Assembly: GCA_964366335.1 (NCBI GenBank)
Contig: CAYITQ010000003.1
Coordinates: forward strand, 1-39,736
DNA: 39,736 nt
From: an uncultured Gammaproteobacteria bacterium
GTDB taxonomy: Bacteria > Patescibacteriota > Microgenomatia > CAZETR01 > Amesbacteraceae
Direction of reading: 5' to 3'
Part shown: one piece after another, positions 26,035 through 35,655 of the stretch
Layout: each line of letters opens with the position of its first letter
Position numbering within the stretch: the first letter of the stretch is position 1
Notes under the pieces: model-generated
Told to the model about the DNA's origin: nothing
What the model saw: the letters and a program-made list of their open reading frames with translations, nothing else
The model's database searches: none
Program-made: the position numbers and the translations under genes

Positions 26035-26850
26035 ATGTACGATAAGCCATATTACGAAAAACCAAGATTCAAACTTTACCAAGCGAACTGCTTGGAATTG
26101 TTAGCCGAACTTCCAGAAAATTCTGTTGATATGGTTTTTGCCGATCCTCCTTATAATCTTTCAAATGGAGGTATTTCTGTTCATGCTGGACGGATGGTTA
26201 GCGTTAATAAGGGAGATTGGGACAAAAGTAAGGGTTTTAATGGTGATTATACCTTCCACTTCAAATGGATGGAGGCGTGTCGTAGAGTCTTAAGACCCCA
26301 TGGTACGCTTTGGGTTAGTGGTACTTATCATTCAATTTATCAATGTGGTCATGCCTTACAATCGCTTGGCTACCACATTTTAAATGATATCGCTTGGTTC
26401 AAACCGAACGCATCGCCAAATTTAAGTTGTCGTTATTTTACGGCAAGCCATGAAACTTTGATTTGGGCCCGCAAAGATAAAGAATCAAGACATGTTTTCA
26501 ATTATGACTTGATGAAAAACGGTAATTGGCCAGAAGATCAATTAAAGAAACCCGGTCTACAGATGCGTTCAGTTTGGGCAATGGGAACGCCGAAAACAGT
26601 TGAAAAGAAATTTGGAAAACATCCGACTCAAAAACCGGAAGATTTATTAAAAAGAATTGTTCTTGCAAGCACAAATAAAGGCGATTTAATTCTTGATCCG
26701 TTTACAGGTAGTTCAACAACTGGTATTGCCGCTTATCTTCTCGGACGGCGTTTTATTGGCATTGATACTGAACCAAAATATTTAGATGTATCAATAAAGC
26801 GATTTGAAGAATTAGACCGAAATATTAATTTGAAAGCGTCTAGAAAATAA
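26035..26850 (+). CDS. Site-specific DNA methyltransferase (N6/N4, beta class; DpnA-like)
   Basis: FADPPY, HPTQKP, LDPFTGSSTT in beta order. Confidence 0.93.
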   Translation: MYDKPYYEKPRFKLYQANCLELLAELPENSVDMVFADPPYNLSNGGISVHAGRMVSVNKGDWDKSKGFNGDYTFHFKWMEACRRVLRPHGTLWVSGTYHSIYQCGHALQSLGYHILNDIAWFKPNASPNLSCRYFTASHETLIWARKDKESRHVFNYDLMKNGNWPEDQLKKPGLQMRSVWAMGTPKTVEKKFGKHPTQKPEDLLKRIVLASTNKGDLILDPFTGSSTTGIAAYLLGRRFIGIDTEPKYLDVSIKRFEELDRNINLKASRK

Positions 26851-26854
26851 ACAT

Positions 26855-27388
26855 ATGAAGATAAGAGGAACGGGTGGAGGAAACACAATTACGGGGATAA
26901 ACTTTGAAAGAGGACGGGATATTTTGTTCATCCTCGATAAAACTGATGGCTATTCAATAAAAGGAAATCTTGTCTATTATCTTGAAAAGGAAGTTGCACA
27001 TAGTTATAAAAAACATGGACTCTATAAATTCCTGAACTCCAAAGGTATTGATTGGACAAAATATATCTCAAAGCAACTTTTGCCAGATGAGGCATTATAT
27101 GTAATAGTAAACAATACGCTTTTTATTATTGAAATGAAGTTCCAAGGAGTTTCTGGTTCCGTCGATGAAAAACTTCAGACATGCGATTTCAAGGTTAAGC
27201 AATATAAAAAATTGATGGCACCTCTGAATATAGAAGTTGAGTATATTTATATCCTCAATGACTGGTTCAAAAAACATCAATACAAAGACACGCTTGATTA
27301 TGTAATTGCGGTCGGTTGTCAATATTATTTCAATTATTTACCACTACATAAACTTGGTCTACCTGTTCCAAATCACAAGACTGAGTAA
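26855..27388 (+). CDS. PD-(D/E)XK nuclease, probable cognate restriction endonuclease
   Basis: LLPDEA...IIEMKFQ..SGSVDEKL; 4 nt downstream of the methyltransferase. Confidence 0.8.
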   Translation: MKIRGTGGGNTITGINFERGRDILFILDKTDGYSIKGNLVYYLEKEVAHSYKKHGLYKFLNSKGIDWTKYISKQLLPDEALYVIVNNTLFIIEMKFQGVSGSVDEKLQTCDFKVKQYKKLMAPLNIEVEYIYILNDWFKKHQYKDTLDYVIAVGCQYYFNYLPLHKLGLPVPNHKTE

Positions 27389-27489
27389 TGTTTATAGAAT
27401 TAATTAAATCAACTAATTAGTTAATAAACACTATGGCCTTACATTGAAGGAAATTGCAATTTAGAGCGATAAAGATAATAATAAGATAT

Positions 27490-28452
27490 ATGAAAATGAA
27501 CTTATCAAAATTAAATAATGTTGAATTAAGAGATGTTTGGGGACACGAAGCCATTGATTTTACGAATTGGCTTGCACAAAAGGAAAATCTTGATTTGTTA
27601 AGTGAGGAAATCGGCGTTGATATTAAACTTACTCAAACCGAAGCAAGTGTCGGAAAGTTTAATGTAGATATTCTTGCTGAAGAAGAAAACTCAGGCAGAA
27701 AAATAATAATTGAAAATCAGCTTGAAGATACAAACCATGATCATCTTGGTAAAATTATCACCTACGCATCCGGCTATGACGCGGAAATAATTATCTGGAT
27801 CGTCAGGGATTATAGAGAAGAACACCAAAAAGCGATTAACTGGCTAAATGAACACACAGATGAACATATTAGTTTCTTTTTGATAAGAATTGAGCTTTGG
27901 CAAATTGAAGGCTCAAACCCCGCTCCAAAATTCGAGATCGTTGTCGGTCCAAATGAATGGGCAAAAGCTATTAAGACAGATGTAGCAAGCGGAAAATTGA
28001 CAGATACCAAAGTTCAGCAATTGGATTTCTGGAAAAAATTCAAAGATTATGTTTCGACAAGTGATAAAGAAATTCGTTTACAAACACCCCGCCCACAACA
28101 TTGGTACGATGTGAGTATAGGGAATGGTGACGCGCACGTGGCTTTAACAATCAATTCCAGAGAAAATTTGCTCGGTTGTGAAATTTACATAAACAAAAAT
28201 AAGGGTTTATATAATTTTTTGTTTGAGCAAAAAGATGAAATAGAAAAAGAAATTGGAGAAAAGGCAAAGTGGGTGGATTCAGCAGTTTCTTCAAGTATCA
28301 AAATAAAAAAAGCTGTGTCTAACGTATTTGTCCAAAATGAAGCAGTAAATTATTTTACCTGGCTTTACGAAAAAACAATTTTGTTCCAAAAAGTATTCGG
28401 CAGATATTTTAATGAATTCAAAAAAATGGAAGAAAAACATAAGCTTCATTAG
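27490..28452 (+). CDS. DUF4268 domain protein with NucS-like nuclease N-terminus
   Basis: LRDVW.HEA.DFT.WL, VDILA...IIIENQL...HDHLGK..TYA, FW..F, PQHW. Confidence 0.85.
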   Translation: MKMNLSKLNNVELRDVWGHEAIDFTNWLAQKENLDLLSEEIGVDIKLTQTEASVGKFNVDILAEEENSGRKIIIENQLEDTNHDHLGKIITYASGYDAEIIIWIVRDYREEHQKAINWLNEHTDEHISFFLIRIELWQIEGSNPAPKFEIVVGPNEWAKAIKTDVASGKLTDTKVQQLDFWKKFKDYVSTSDKEIRLQTPRPQHWYDVSIGNGDAHVALTINSRENLLGCEIYINKNKGLYNFLFEQKDEIEKEIGEKAKWVDSAVSSSIKIKKAVSNVFVQNEAVNYFTWLYEKTILFQKVFGRYFNEFKKMEEKHKLH

Positions 28453-28454
28453 TT

Positions 28455-29231
28455 ATGAATAAATCAAAAGCATTTATAAGACAATATAAACATGAATTTA
28501 TTGCGTTTATCGTAAATACGATAGCAGCATACTTTTCTTTTTTATTAATAAATCCGAACATTGCCTTCGTTTTAACCACAGCGATTTTTACTTTATCTTT
28601 TTTTGTAATTATCTACTTTAGGACAAAAGATACAGACTTTTATTTTATGTCATTAGACAAGCCAGGGTGCGAAAAAGATTGGGTGGGCAGAGGTAGGTTT
28701 GCTTTTGTGCGAAACGAAAACTGTTTTGAGATAACAGATTCACATGCGGGATATATTTTCCCTAAAACAGCTATTTGGGACGATTACAAATTAGAATGTA
28801 ATTTTAAAATCGTAAACATGTCATTTTGTTGTATCATTCGAGCCGTGAATTTATCAAATTATGTAATGTATCAATTATTTTACGACAGAATAAAACCACA
28901 TTTAAGGATTAACGGAGAATGGATAATAATGGAAGAAAATGTTTTTGAAGATAAGCTAAAACCTGATAAATGGTACAAACTAATAATCATTTGCGAAAAA
29001 AGGAGCATCAGAATTAATATTAAATACGAAAATAAATCATTATTTGATAGACATTTTGTTATTCCTTCACAGATTGGGGTTGTCTATCGAGAGTTAAACT
29101 CAAAAGGAGAGGAAACAAAAAGAGAAACAAAATTAATGCAAAATATAGATTTTGATTTTGGGTCAATAGGAGTAAGAAATTATGGGGATGAACGGGCATT
29201 TGTTAAAAACATTTACTTAGAGAAACTATGA
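28455..29231 (+). CDS. Hypothetical protein, two N-terminal TM helices plus beta-rich domain
   Basis: 258-aa ORF, operonic spacing. Confidence 0.7.
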   Translation: MNKSKAFIRQYKHEFIAFIVNTIAAYFSFLLINPNIAFVLTTAIFTLSFFVIIYFRTKDTDFYFMSLDKPGCEKDWVGRGRFAFVRNENCFEITDSHAGYIFPKTAIWDDYKLECNFKIVNMSFCCIIRAVNLSNYVMYQLFYDRIKPHLRINGEWIIMEENVFEDKLKPDKWYKLIIICEKRSIRINIKYENKSLFDRHFVIPSQIGVVYRELNSKGEETKRETKLMQNIDFDFGSIGVRNYGDERAFVKNIYLEKL

Positions 29232-29653
29232 ATAATCAAGTGTTTTACACAGTGACAAGTGGAACTTTGGTATTTGTTATTGGGCAAATATTACAGAAGT
29301 TCTTTTTAGAACCAATTTATGAATACAAAAAAACAATTGGAGAAATTGATAACAAATTAAAATTTTATGCCAACATTCTGACTAACTCTGGATTCAATCA
29401 AAAGATTATACTTGAGATTACGAATACTATGAGAACTCTATCGTGTCAGATTGAATCCAATTATAAACAAATTCCTTTTACAGATTTTCTCTCACGGATT
29501 GGTTGTATCGAAGGGAAAAAGGAAATTGCAGAAGTGGCGCAAGGATTAATCTTCTTGTCTAATGCGGGTGGAAGAGGTGAAAGCAAAATTGAAAAATGTG
29601 ATGAGAGAATAGATCAAATTAGAAAAATATTTAAAATTGAATCCCTTAACTAA
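29228..29653 (+). CDS. Hypothetical protein with N-terminal TM helix
   Basis: 141-aa ORF, ATGA-coupled. Confidence 0.7.
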   Translation: MNNQVFYTVTSGTLVFVIGQILQKFFLEPIYEYKKTIGEIDNKLKFYANILTNSGFNQKIILEITNTMRTLSCQIESNYKQIPFTDFLSRIGCIEGKKEIAEVAQGLIFLSNAGGRGESKIEKCDERIDQIRKIFKIESLN

Positions 29654-29727
29654 TGGCTAAACATACAGAATTATGCTTAGAATAAGTTCTGACATATTCG
29701 ATAATTGATGAAAGGTGAAATAAGAAT

Positions 29728-30303
29728 ATGAATCAACATTTAGAGCCGATTTTTAAAATACTCATTCCCAATATTGAAAAGTCTGGACTCAGTTATTGGG
29801 TTTATGGTGGTGTAGCAATTGCAGGAGTAAAAGGTAATTTTTATAGAGTTAATGCAGATATTGATATATTTGTTCTAGAGAAAGATTATAAAAAAGTTAT
29901 TAATAATATTACCGCGACTTCAGATAGAAATTTATGGATTTTCAAACCAGCAAAATTATTAAATAATAGACCTAAGAGTGAGCTTATTATAGAAAATAAA
30001 GAAAGATTATCTATAGTACCGATTTACGAAAGGGGTAATGAAATAGAATTTATCTTTGAAAATGGACCAAAAATATTCGCAAGGAAATTACTTAATCCCG
30101 TCATTCGTTATATAGGAGAATACAAATTTATCACTCCAAGTGAAGATCTTTTAAAAGAATTGTTACGGTGTTATTTAGAATCTTTTTTTAAATCTGAAAG
30201 AAGAAAAAATAATAAAATCTTGTGGGAGAAAAGGAAATTAGATGTTGAGCAATTATTTGGTGAACAAGAATCTAAAAGACTTTTTATAGAACCCTTAATT
30301 TAA
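29728..30303 (+). CDS. Nucleotidyltransferase family protein (pol-beta fold; resembles antibiotic nucleotidyltransferases)
   Basis: YWVYGGVA...R...DIDIFV motif. Confidence 0.75.
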   Translation: MNQHLEPIFKILIPNIEKSGLSYWVYGGVAIAGVKGNFYRVNADIDIFVLEKDYKKVINNITATSDRNLWIFKPAKLLNNRPKSELIIENKERLSIVPIYERGNEIEFIFENGPKIFARKLLNPVIRYIGEYKFITPSEDLLKELLRCYLESFFKSERRKNNKILWEKRKLDVEQLFGEQESKRLFIEPLI

Positions 30304-30468
30304 AACCCGATAAGAGAAATTATTGGTCCGCGAATCGGCAGCGAGAGGGGAATTTTTTTAGCAAATAATCGGTGATCCGTCGCAGCGAACGCTAAAAAAA
30401 CTTGAAATGACTTCAATGAAAGTTTTAGTGAGTGTCACGTACACAAAAGGGTGTAAAATAATTGTTGT

Positions 30469-30603
30469 ATGAAGGTAATGTTCTTGGACGAATCGGGTGA
30501 TCATAGTAAAGAAAATAAAGCTTTTTATTATATTGAAAAAAAGTTTCATAGAAGTCCAAAAGGTATTGATTATCTTAATTATGGTTTGAAGATCTTTCCA
30601 TAA
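30469..30603 (+). pseudogene. DUF3800-like gene with large in-frame internal deletion (44 aa)
   Basis: Translates to MKVMFLDESGDHS-KENKAF...YGLKIFP*, the typical N- and C-termini of the family joined. Confidence 0.7.
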
Positions 30604-30640
30604 AAAAGGGGACCCAGGAAAGCCCTAGTCCCCCTCTTTT
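30604..30640. ncRNA. Hairpin directly after the DUF3800 remnant (candidate family-associated RNA or terminator)
   Basis: AGGGGAC-CCAGGAAAGCCCTA-GTCCCCT with flanking A and T runs. Confidence 0.4.
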
Positions 30641-30750
30641 ATCTAATAAACAGTATACATGGGATGTCAAGCAAACACAATAATGACACTAAATATATTT
30701 ATTCCCTTTCCCAAAATTCCAAATCTATGGTGAAATAGTAAAATAAACTT

Positions 30751-32034
30751 ATGATAAGCATATTTGAAAAGCAGTTTGATAGATTGGCTAAGACGATAAA
30801 GGAGAAAGTGGGGATTTGGCTAAAAAGGCTCAGGGCATATTTTAAACGTCTACTTTTTCCACTTTATTTCTTCCCCATAAAACTAATTACTTATACTACC
30901 TATTATCTTATTAAATTTATTTTTAAATTAATATTTGCCATAATTAGCCTGATTTTTGATATTATTATTTTTCCCTTTAGAAGCCTCAAAAATTTATTAA
31001 AATCTATTGTTGCTCTCGTTATCATTGCATATTTATTGGCATCTCTGGTAGTCATTGCTGACTACCTCATCAATCAATATGGCCGGTTTAACAAAGTCTT
31101 TTGTTCTGCCGGGACCAGAAATATTCTCCTAAAATCGGTGGTCAGAGTGGTTGGTGGTTATTCTGAGGGGTCAGGATTTTTTATCACCCCCAATCAGGTG
31201 ATTACCAATTTCCATGTCATAGCCGATGAACCCAGTCCCAAGATAATATTTCCTGATGGGAGTTTTGTTACTCCTATCAAAATTTTGGGTGACAAAAACG
31301 TAGATCTGACTATTTTGTTTACAGAAAAAAACTATGACAACCTGGTGCTACCCCTACCCGATTTAGTCGCTTTCAAAGAAAATGATCCGGTAATAGCTGC
31401 GGGCTATCCATTGGGCACGGGTCTTACAGGTAAGGCGACCATCTTGAAGGGGCGGTTTATCGATTTTAGGAATTCCAAAAGAATGCCTATTGGCTATATC
31501 CAAACCGATATTAACTTGGTACCCGGTATGAGTGGTGGTCCATTAGTCGATATCTGCGGAGAAGTGGTCGGTATAAATACCATGGGGCTCTCGGGATTAT
31601 CAATGTATATCAATGCCGGTTGGGCCAAAAAAGTAATTCCCGATTTTACCGACCAGAATATTACGAAAATCAAAGTCGATGCCTCGCTTTCCCCCGAGGA
31701 AGCAGTCAAGGCATTTTATACTTATCTTAAGGCCAGGAGGATGGAAGACGGATTTAACCTGCTCAGTAGCGAATATCTCAAGAAAACTAATTTTGAAGAG
31801 TGGACAAATAGATTTACAAATATTCTCGATGTAGATATCATCTTGACTGAAAAATATAATAATACCAAAGATACTGTCTTTGTAAAATTTGGGACCAAAA
31901 ACTGGGTAGAGGGCGAGGTGGATGTCCATTATTATGAAGGGACCTGGCAAACTATAAAAGAGGATGGGGTTTACAAAATGCTCAAGAGTAAAATACTGGA
32001 AGTTGACCAGCCAGGTTGGGAATGGTTTTATTGA
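30751..32034 (+). CDS. Membrane-anchored trypsin-like serine protease with extra C-terminal domain
   Basis: GSGF, TNFHV, D, PGMSGGPL catalytic triad motifs. Confidence 0.88.
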   Translation: MISIFEKQFDRLAKTIKEKVGIWLKRLRAYFKRLLFPLYFFPIKLITYTTYYLIKFIFKLIFAIISLIFDIIIFPFRSLKNLLKSIVALVIIAYLLASLVVIADYLINQYGRFNKVFCSAGTRNILLKSVVRVVGGYSEGSGFFITPNQVITNFHVIADEPSPKIIFPDGSFVTPIKILGDKNVDLTILFTEKNYDNLVLPLPDLVAFKENDPVIAAGYPLGTGLTGKATILKGRFIDFRNSKRMPIGYIQTDINLVPGMSGGPLVDICGEVVGINTMGLSGLSMYINAGWAKKVIPDFTDQNITKIKVDASLSPEEAVKAFYTYLKARRMEDGFNLLSSEYLKKTNFEEWTNRFTNILDVDIILTEKYNNTKDTVFVKFGTKNWVEGEVDVHYYEGTWQTIKEDGVYKMLKSKILEVDQPGWEWFY

Positions 32035-32076
32035 CAAATATATTTATTCGGCGGGTAATAGATATATAATCAAAAT

Positions 32077-32399
32077 ATGGAGAGTGAATGGATCAATGTA
32101 AATGAATGGGTAAGTTCAAAAATTTCACAGGTGGTATTTACTGTCAGGAAACTGTTAACCCGTGATATTAAAGCCAAGTATGAAACTCTCAGATATTTGA
32201 TACTTGAGAAAATCGATCCTAGCCCACCTGGTCTGATGATGTGAATTATTTATACGAACCATTAAGAACGCCGGAATTTTTTGAAACCTATTCAAAACAA
32301 TCTCAGAAGATATTAAATCCTCTGGTCAGGGTAATTGGTCTCCAGTTCTATGCTGCCAGGCAAAGATATCAGGAATTGTTGGATAAACAGAATCATTAA
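32077..32399 (+). pseudogene. Possible frameshifted hypothetical gene (~107 aa)
   Basis: 55-codon ORF from ATG 32077 (TATAAT 6 nt upstream) continues in the -1 frame from ~32223 to TAA 32399. Confidence 0.35.
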
Positions 32400-32402
32400 T
32401 AC

Positions 32403-32431
32403 TTGACATCGGGTATTATTCGGAATATATT
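32403..32431 (+). promoter_or_regulatory. Sigma70-type promoter for a leaderless Bro-N transcript
   Basis: TTGACA-17-TATATT, 6 nt before ATG 32438. Confidence 0.65.
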
Positions 32432-32437
32432 ATTGTT

Positions 32438-33265
32438 ATGGAAGAAACTAGAATTGCTATCTTCAAGGGTAAAAATATCCGCAAGATCTTATTCAACAAT
32501 GAATGGTGGTTTTCAGTAGTCGATGTTATCGAAGCACTGACGGATAGCTCACAGCCAAGTAAATATTGGACTGCAATGAAAGCTCGAGTAAATAATGATG
32601 ATGGGGTTCAGTTATCTACAATTTGTAGACAACTGAAATTAAAGGCTTCTGATGAAAAGAAATATGAAACTGATTGTGCCAATACCGAAGGGATTTTTCG
32701 TATTATTCAATCTATTCCATCCCCAAAAGCAGAACCATTTAAAAGATGGCTGGCAAAAGTTGGTTATGAACGGGTGCAAGAAATTGAAGACCCTGAGTTG
32801 GCAACAAAGCGAACTAGATTATTATATAAACTTAAGGGTTATTCTGAAGACTGGATAGAGAAAAGACTGCGGGGGATTGCCATCCGTGAAGAACTGACAG
32901 AGGAATGGCAAAAGAGGGGAGTAAGACTGCAAAGAGAGTATGAGATATTGACAGCCGAGATTTCCAAGGCTGCTTTTGGAGTTACTCCTAGTCAGTACAA
33001 GAAACTGAAAGGTCTAAAAAGACAAAATCTGCGTGATCACATGGACGATTTTGAATTAATTTTTACCATGCTTGGCGAAAGGGTAACTACAGAAATTTCC
33101 AAGCAAGAAAAACCAGATACTTTCTCCAAAAATGCAAGTGTCGCCTATCGAGGTGGAAAAGTCGCTGGAAACGCCAGGAGGGAAACAGAAAAAGAAATTG
33201 GTAGAAGTGTTGTTTCCAAAAATAATTATCTCAAAAAACCCAAGGGTCAAAAACGATTACTGTGA
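32438..33265 (+). CDS. Bro-N domain protein
   Basis: EWWFSVVDVI, RIIQSIPSPKAEPFKRWLA, NLRDHM. Confidence 0.9.
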   Translation: MEETRIAIFKGKNIRKILFNNEWWFSVVDVIEALTDSSQPSKYWTAMKARVNNDDGVQLSTICRQLKLKASDEKKYETDCANTEGIFRIIQSIPSPKAEPFKRWLAKVGYERVQEIEDPELATKRTRLLYKLKGYSEDWIEKRLRGIAIREELTEEWQKRGVRLQREYEILTAEISKAAFGVTPSQYKKLKGLKRQNLRDHMDDFELIFTMLGERVTTEISKQEKPDTFSKNASVAYRGGKVAGNARRETEKEIGRSVVSKNNYLKKPKGQKRLL

Positions 33266-33357
33266 GCTAGTTTTTGAAAAAGTTCGCACTCTTTTCAGGA
33301 ATTTGCCCTGAATCTCCGGGCTCATCCCTTGCTTTGCTCGGGATTCGCCTTTTCCGC
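33263..33357 (+). repeat. Left att arm; inverted repeat of 38022-38117
   Basis: 95 nt; 4 substitutions outside a ~22-nt diverged centre. Confidence 0.92.
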
Positions 33358-33484
33358 CGGATTTTTTGCGCGCGCGTTGTCTCGATTGACATCGGGACCC
33401 TTATTAACTAACCATTACATTCTACTACATTCCAAACAGCCCACCCACCCTAAACGAGAAGTCGCCAAATCAAAGGATTTCAAA

Positions 33485-34276
33485 TCAAGACAGAGCTTTT
33501 GAAATTTCGTCAAGACATTTTTCCCTATTCTCTCGTTTAAGTCTTATCTTTTTCGAGAGTATCTTGTACTTGTAATCAATTAATAGCAAGTTTATTAAAG
33601 CCTCTATTGCCTGGCCGTATGCCTTAATAGTCCCTACCATTGATTTCGCTTTCGGCTCATCTATCGGGATCTCAACATTCCGATTTAGGCGAGATAATCT
33701 CTTTTTTCGTCCCGTTCCTTCACAGTTAACCTTAAAAATTCTAATCCAAATTTTGTTTTCATTTGTGTCAGTGTATACCATCATTCCATGTTTAATTTTA
33801 TTTTGAACAAGTTCCAATATTCTTGACTTAACTATTCTTTGTTCAATCGCATCTCTAACAGAACGCCAGACCGTATCCACACCTTCTTTCATTAAAATCT
33901 CATTTGTGCTGTGGATTTTTGCAATTTGACTTATTGGAGGGAAATCAAGCTTCCTCAGAAAACCTCCTAGTGATCTAACGCGTCTAAAACTGTCGATAAC
34001 TTTTTTCGAATCACTATGGTTAGTCCGGATAGATAAAAGTCTCTCCCACTCGTCACGATATTTTTTATCTCCATCGTTTCGTTGCATTATCGCTTGCAAC
34101 CACATGGATAAGTCATCCGTTTGTGCTGCCAACTCCTCAACAATTCTGAGCATTAAAGCCCTTTGCTCATTTAAGTCACGCGAATTTTCAAGTTGGTTGC
34201 ATAAAACATTGGCAGTTTTGTATCTTATGTAGCACGCAAACTCTTTGTAGTTTTTAAAAAATTCAAACCTATTCAT
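33485..34276 (-). CDS. Hypothetical protein (helical; QNKIKHG weakly resembles a HEPN motif)
   Basis: 263-aa ORF, ATGA-coupled to ABC-F. Confidence 0.65.
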   Translation of the reverse strand: MNRFEFFKNYKEFACYIRYKTANVLCNQLENSRDLNEQRALMLRIVEELAAQTDDLSMWLQAIMQRNDGDKKYRDEWERLLSIRTNHSDSKKVIDSFRRVRSLGGFLRKLDFPPISQIAKIHSTNEILMKEGVDTVWRSVRDAIEQRIVKSRILELVQNKIKHGMMVYTDTNENKIWIRIFKVNCEGTGRKKRLSRLNRNVEIPIDEPKAKSMVGTIKAYGQAIEALINLLLIDYKYKILSKKIRLKRENREKCLDEISKALS

Positions 34277-35655
34277 AGTTTAGTCAATTTGCCATTTTCT
34301 AGGTTAACGGAATCTGTAGTACCAATTCTTTCCAAGAAATACCTATCGTGCGAAATTACTAAAAGTGTTCCTGAATAATTTACCAATGCTTCCTCAATAG
34401 CTTCTCGGGAAGAAATATCCAAGTGGTTTGTGGGCTCATCCAGAATGATAAAATTGGCTCCACTGGTCATGATTTTAGCTAGAAGTAGTTTTGCCTTTTC
34501 ACCGCTACTTAACAATTTGACAGGTTGGTTAATTTTTTCCGGTGGCAACAAAAACCTTCTCAATAGTTTGTAACTTTCGGTTTTATCAATATTCTCACTA
34601 GCTAATTCATCTAAAACGATCTTGTCAGAATCTAATTCCTGATGCTCTTGGCTCAAATAACCAGTTTGAACTTCATTTCCAATATTAATTTCTCCACTAT
34701 CAGGTACGAGTTGACCTAAAATGAGTTTGACCAAAGTTGTCTTACCACTACCATTGTCGCCAATTAAAGCCAGTCGTTGACCTTTCTGAATAACCAGAGA
34801 AATATTCTTTAAAATATTTTTATAATTTACTGACTTAATCTGAACCACCGTTTGACCACTTTCCTTTTTTGACTTAAATAATGCTTTTAACTCCCAATTG
34901 GGTTGTGGCTTGTCAATCTTGTCAATGCTTTCTATTCTGTTTTCCAAAGCCTGAATTTGTTTTCCAAATTTCCGACCTACTCGATTGGCAAAGAAAGAAG
35001 CGGCGAATTTATCTTTATCTCTAGTTGGTGGTGCATCAGTGCCACCTTTTTGAACAGTATTTCTTTTTTCCAACAGATCTGCTTGCAACTTCTGTATCTG
35101 TTTTTGTTGCTTTTCGTAATTTCGCAGATGGGACTCTAATTCGATTTGTTTTTGCTGTTTATAAAGTGAATAGTTACCTCCATAAACTTTTATTACTCCA
35201 TTTTCTAATTCAAGAATTTTATCCACAACTTTGTCCAAGAAATAACGGTCATGTGAGACTATTAGGATTGGTCCTGAAAAAGCCATCACTTCTTTTTCCA
35301 GCCAGGACATTCCCTGCCAATCCAAATGATTAGTTGGTTCATCCAGAAGTAATACGTCTGGTTTAGAAATTAATATCTCTCTAAATCGTTTCTTCAGCTT
35401 TTGTCCACTAGACAAAGGATCGTTGTCATCCGCTACTTGAGATAAGTATCCAATCTGGACAGTTTTGGGATTGAAAGTTACATATCCTGAATCCTGCGTT
35501 TCCTCGCCCATTAAGATTTTAAACAAAGTTGATTTACCAGAACCATTTTTGCCCAATAAGGCTACTTTCTCACCGCTGTTTATGGCAAATGAAACATCTT
35601 TAAGAACGTCTTGCCCGCCAAATGATTTTGATAGTTTAGATACTTGAATGTGCAT
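34273..35655 (-). CDS. ABC-F family ATPase (candidate ribosomal protection protein)
   Basis: Two NBDs (GKNGSGKST, GDNGSGKTT, LDEPTNHLD x2, SHDRYFL x2), long interdomain linker, no TM. Confidence 0.92.
   Translation of the reverse strand: MHIQVSKLSKSFGGQDVLKDVSFAINSGEKVALLGKNGSGKSTLFKILMGEETQDSGYVTFNPKTVQIGYLSQVADDNDPLSSGQKLKKRFREILISKPDVLLLDEPTNHLDWQGMSWLEKEVMAFSGPILIVSHDRYFLDKVVDKILELENGVIKVYGGNYSLYKQQKQIELESHLRNYEKQQKQIQKLQADLLEKRNTVQKGGTDAPPTRDKDKFAASFFANRVGRKFGKQIQALENRIESIDKIDKPQPNWELKALFKSKKESGQTVVQIKSVNYKNILKNISLVIQKGQRLALIGDNGSGKTTLVKLILGQLVPDSGEINIGNEVQTGYLSQEHQELDSDKIVLDELASENIDKTESYKLLRRFLLPPEKINQPVKLLSSGEKAKLLLAKIMTSGANFIILDEPTNHLDISSREAIEEALVNYSGTLLVISHDRYFLERIGTTDSVNLENGKLTKL

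Larger units (their letters stand above)
26035..33265 (+). mobile_element. AT-rich accessory/defence block, all genes on + strand; boundaries approximate
   Basis: R-M pair, DUF4268, nucleotidyltransferase, decayed genes, Bro-N; right end coincides with the left attachment site of the adjacent element. Confidence 0.45.

Noticed and set aside
26035-33265. Integron cassette array
   Set aside because: Genes are co-oriented, but I found no recurring attC-like sites between them and no tyrosine integrase.
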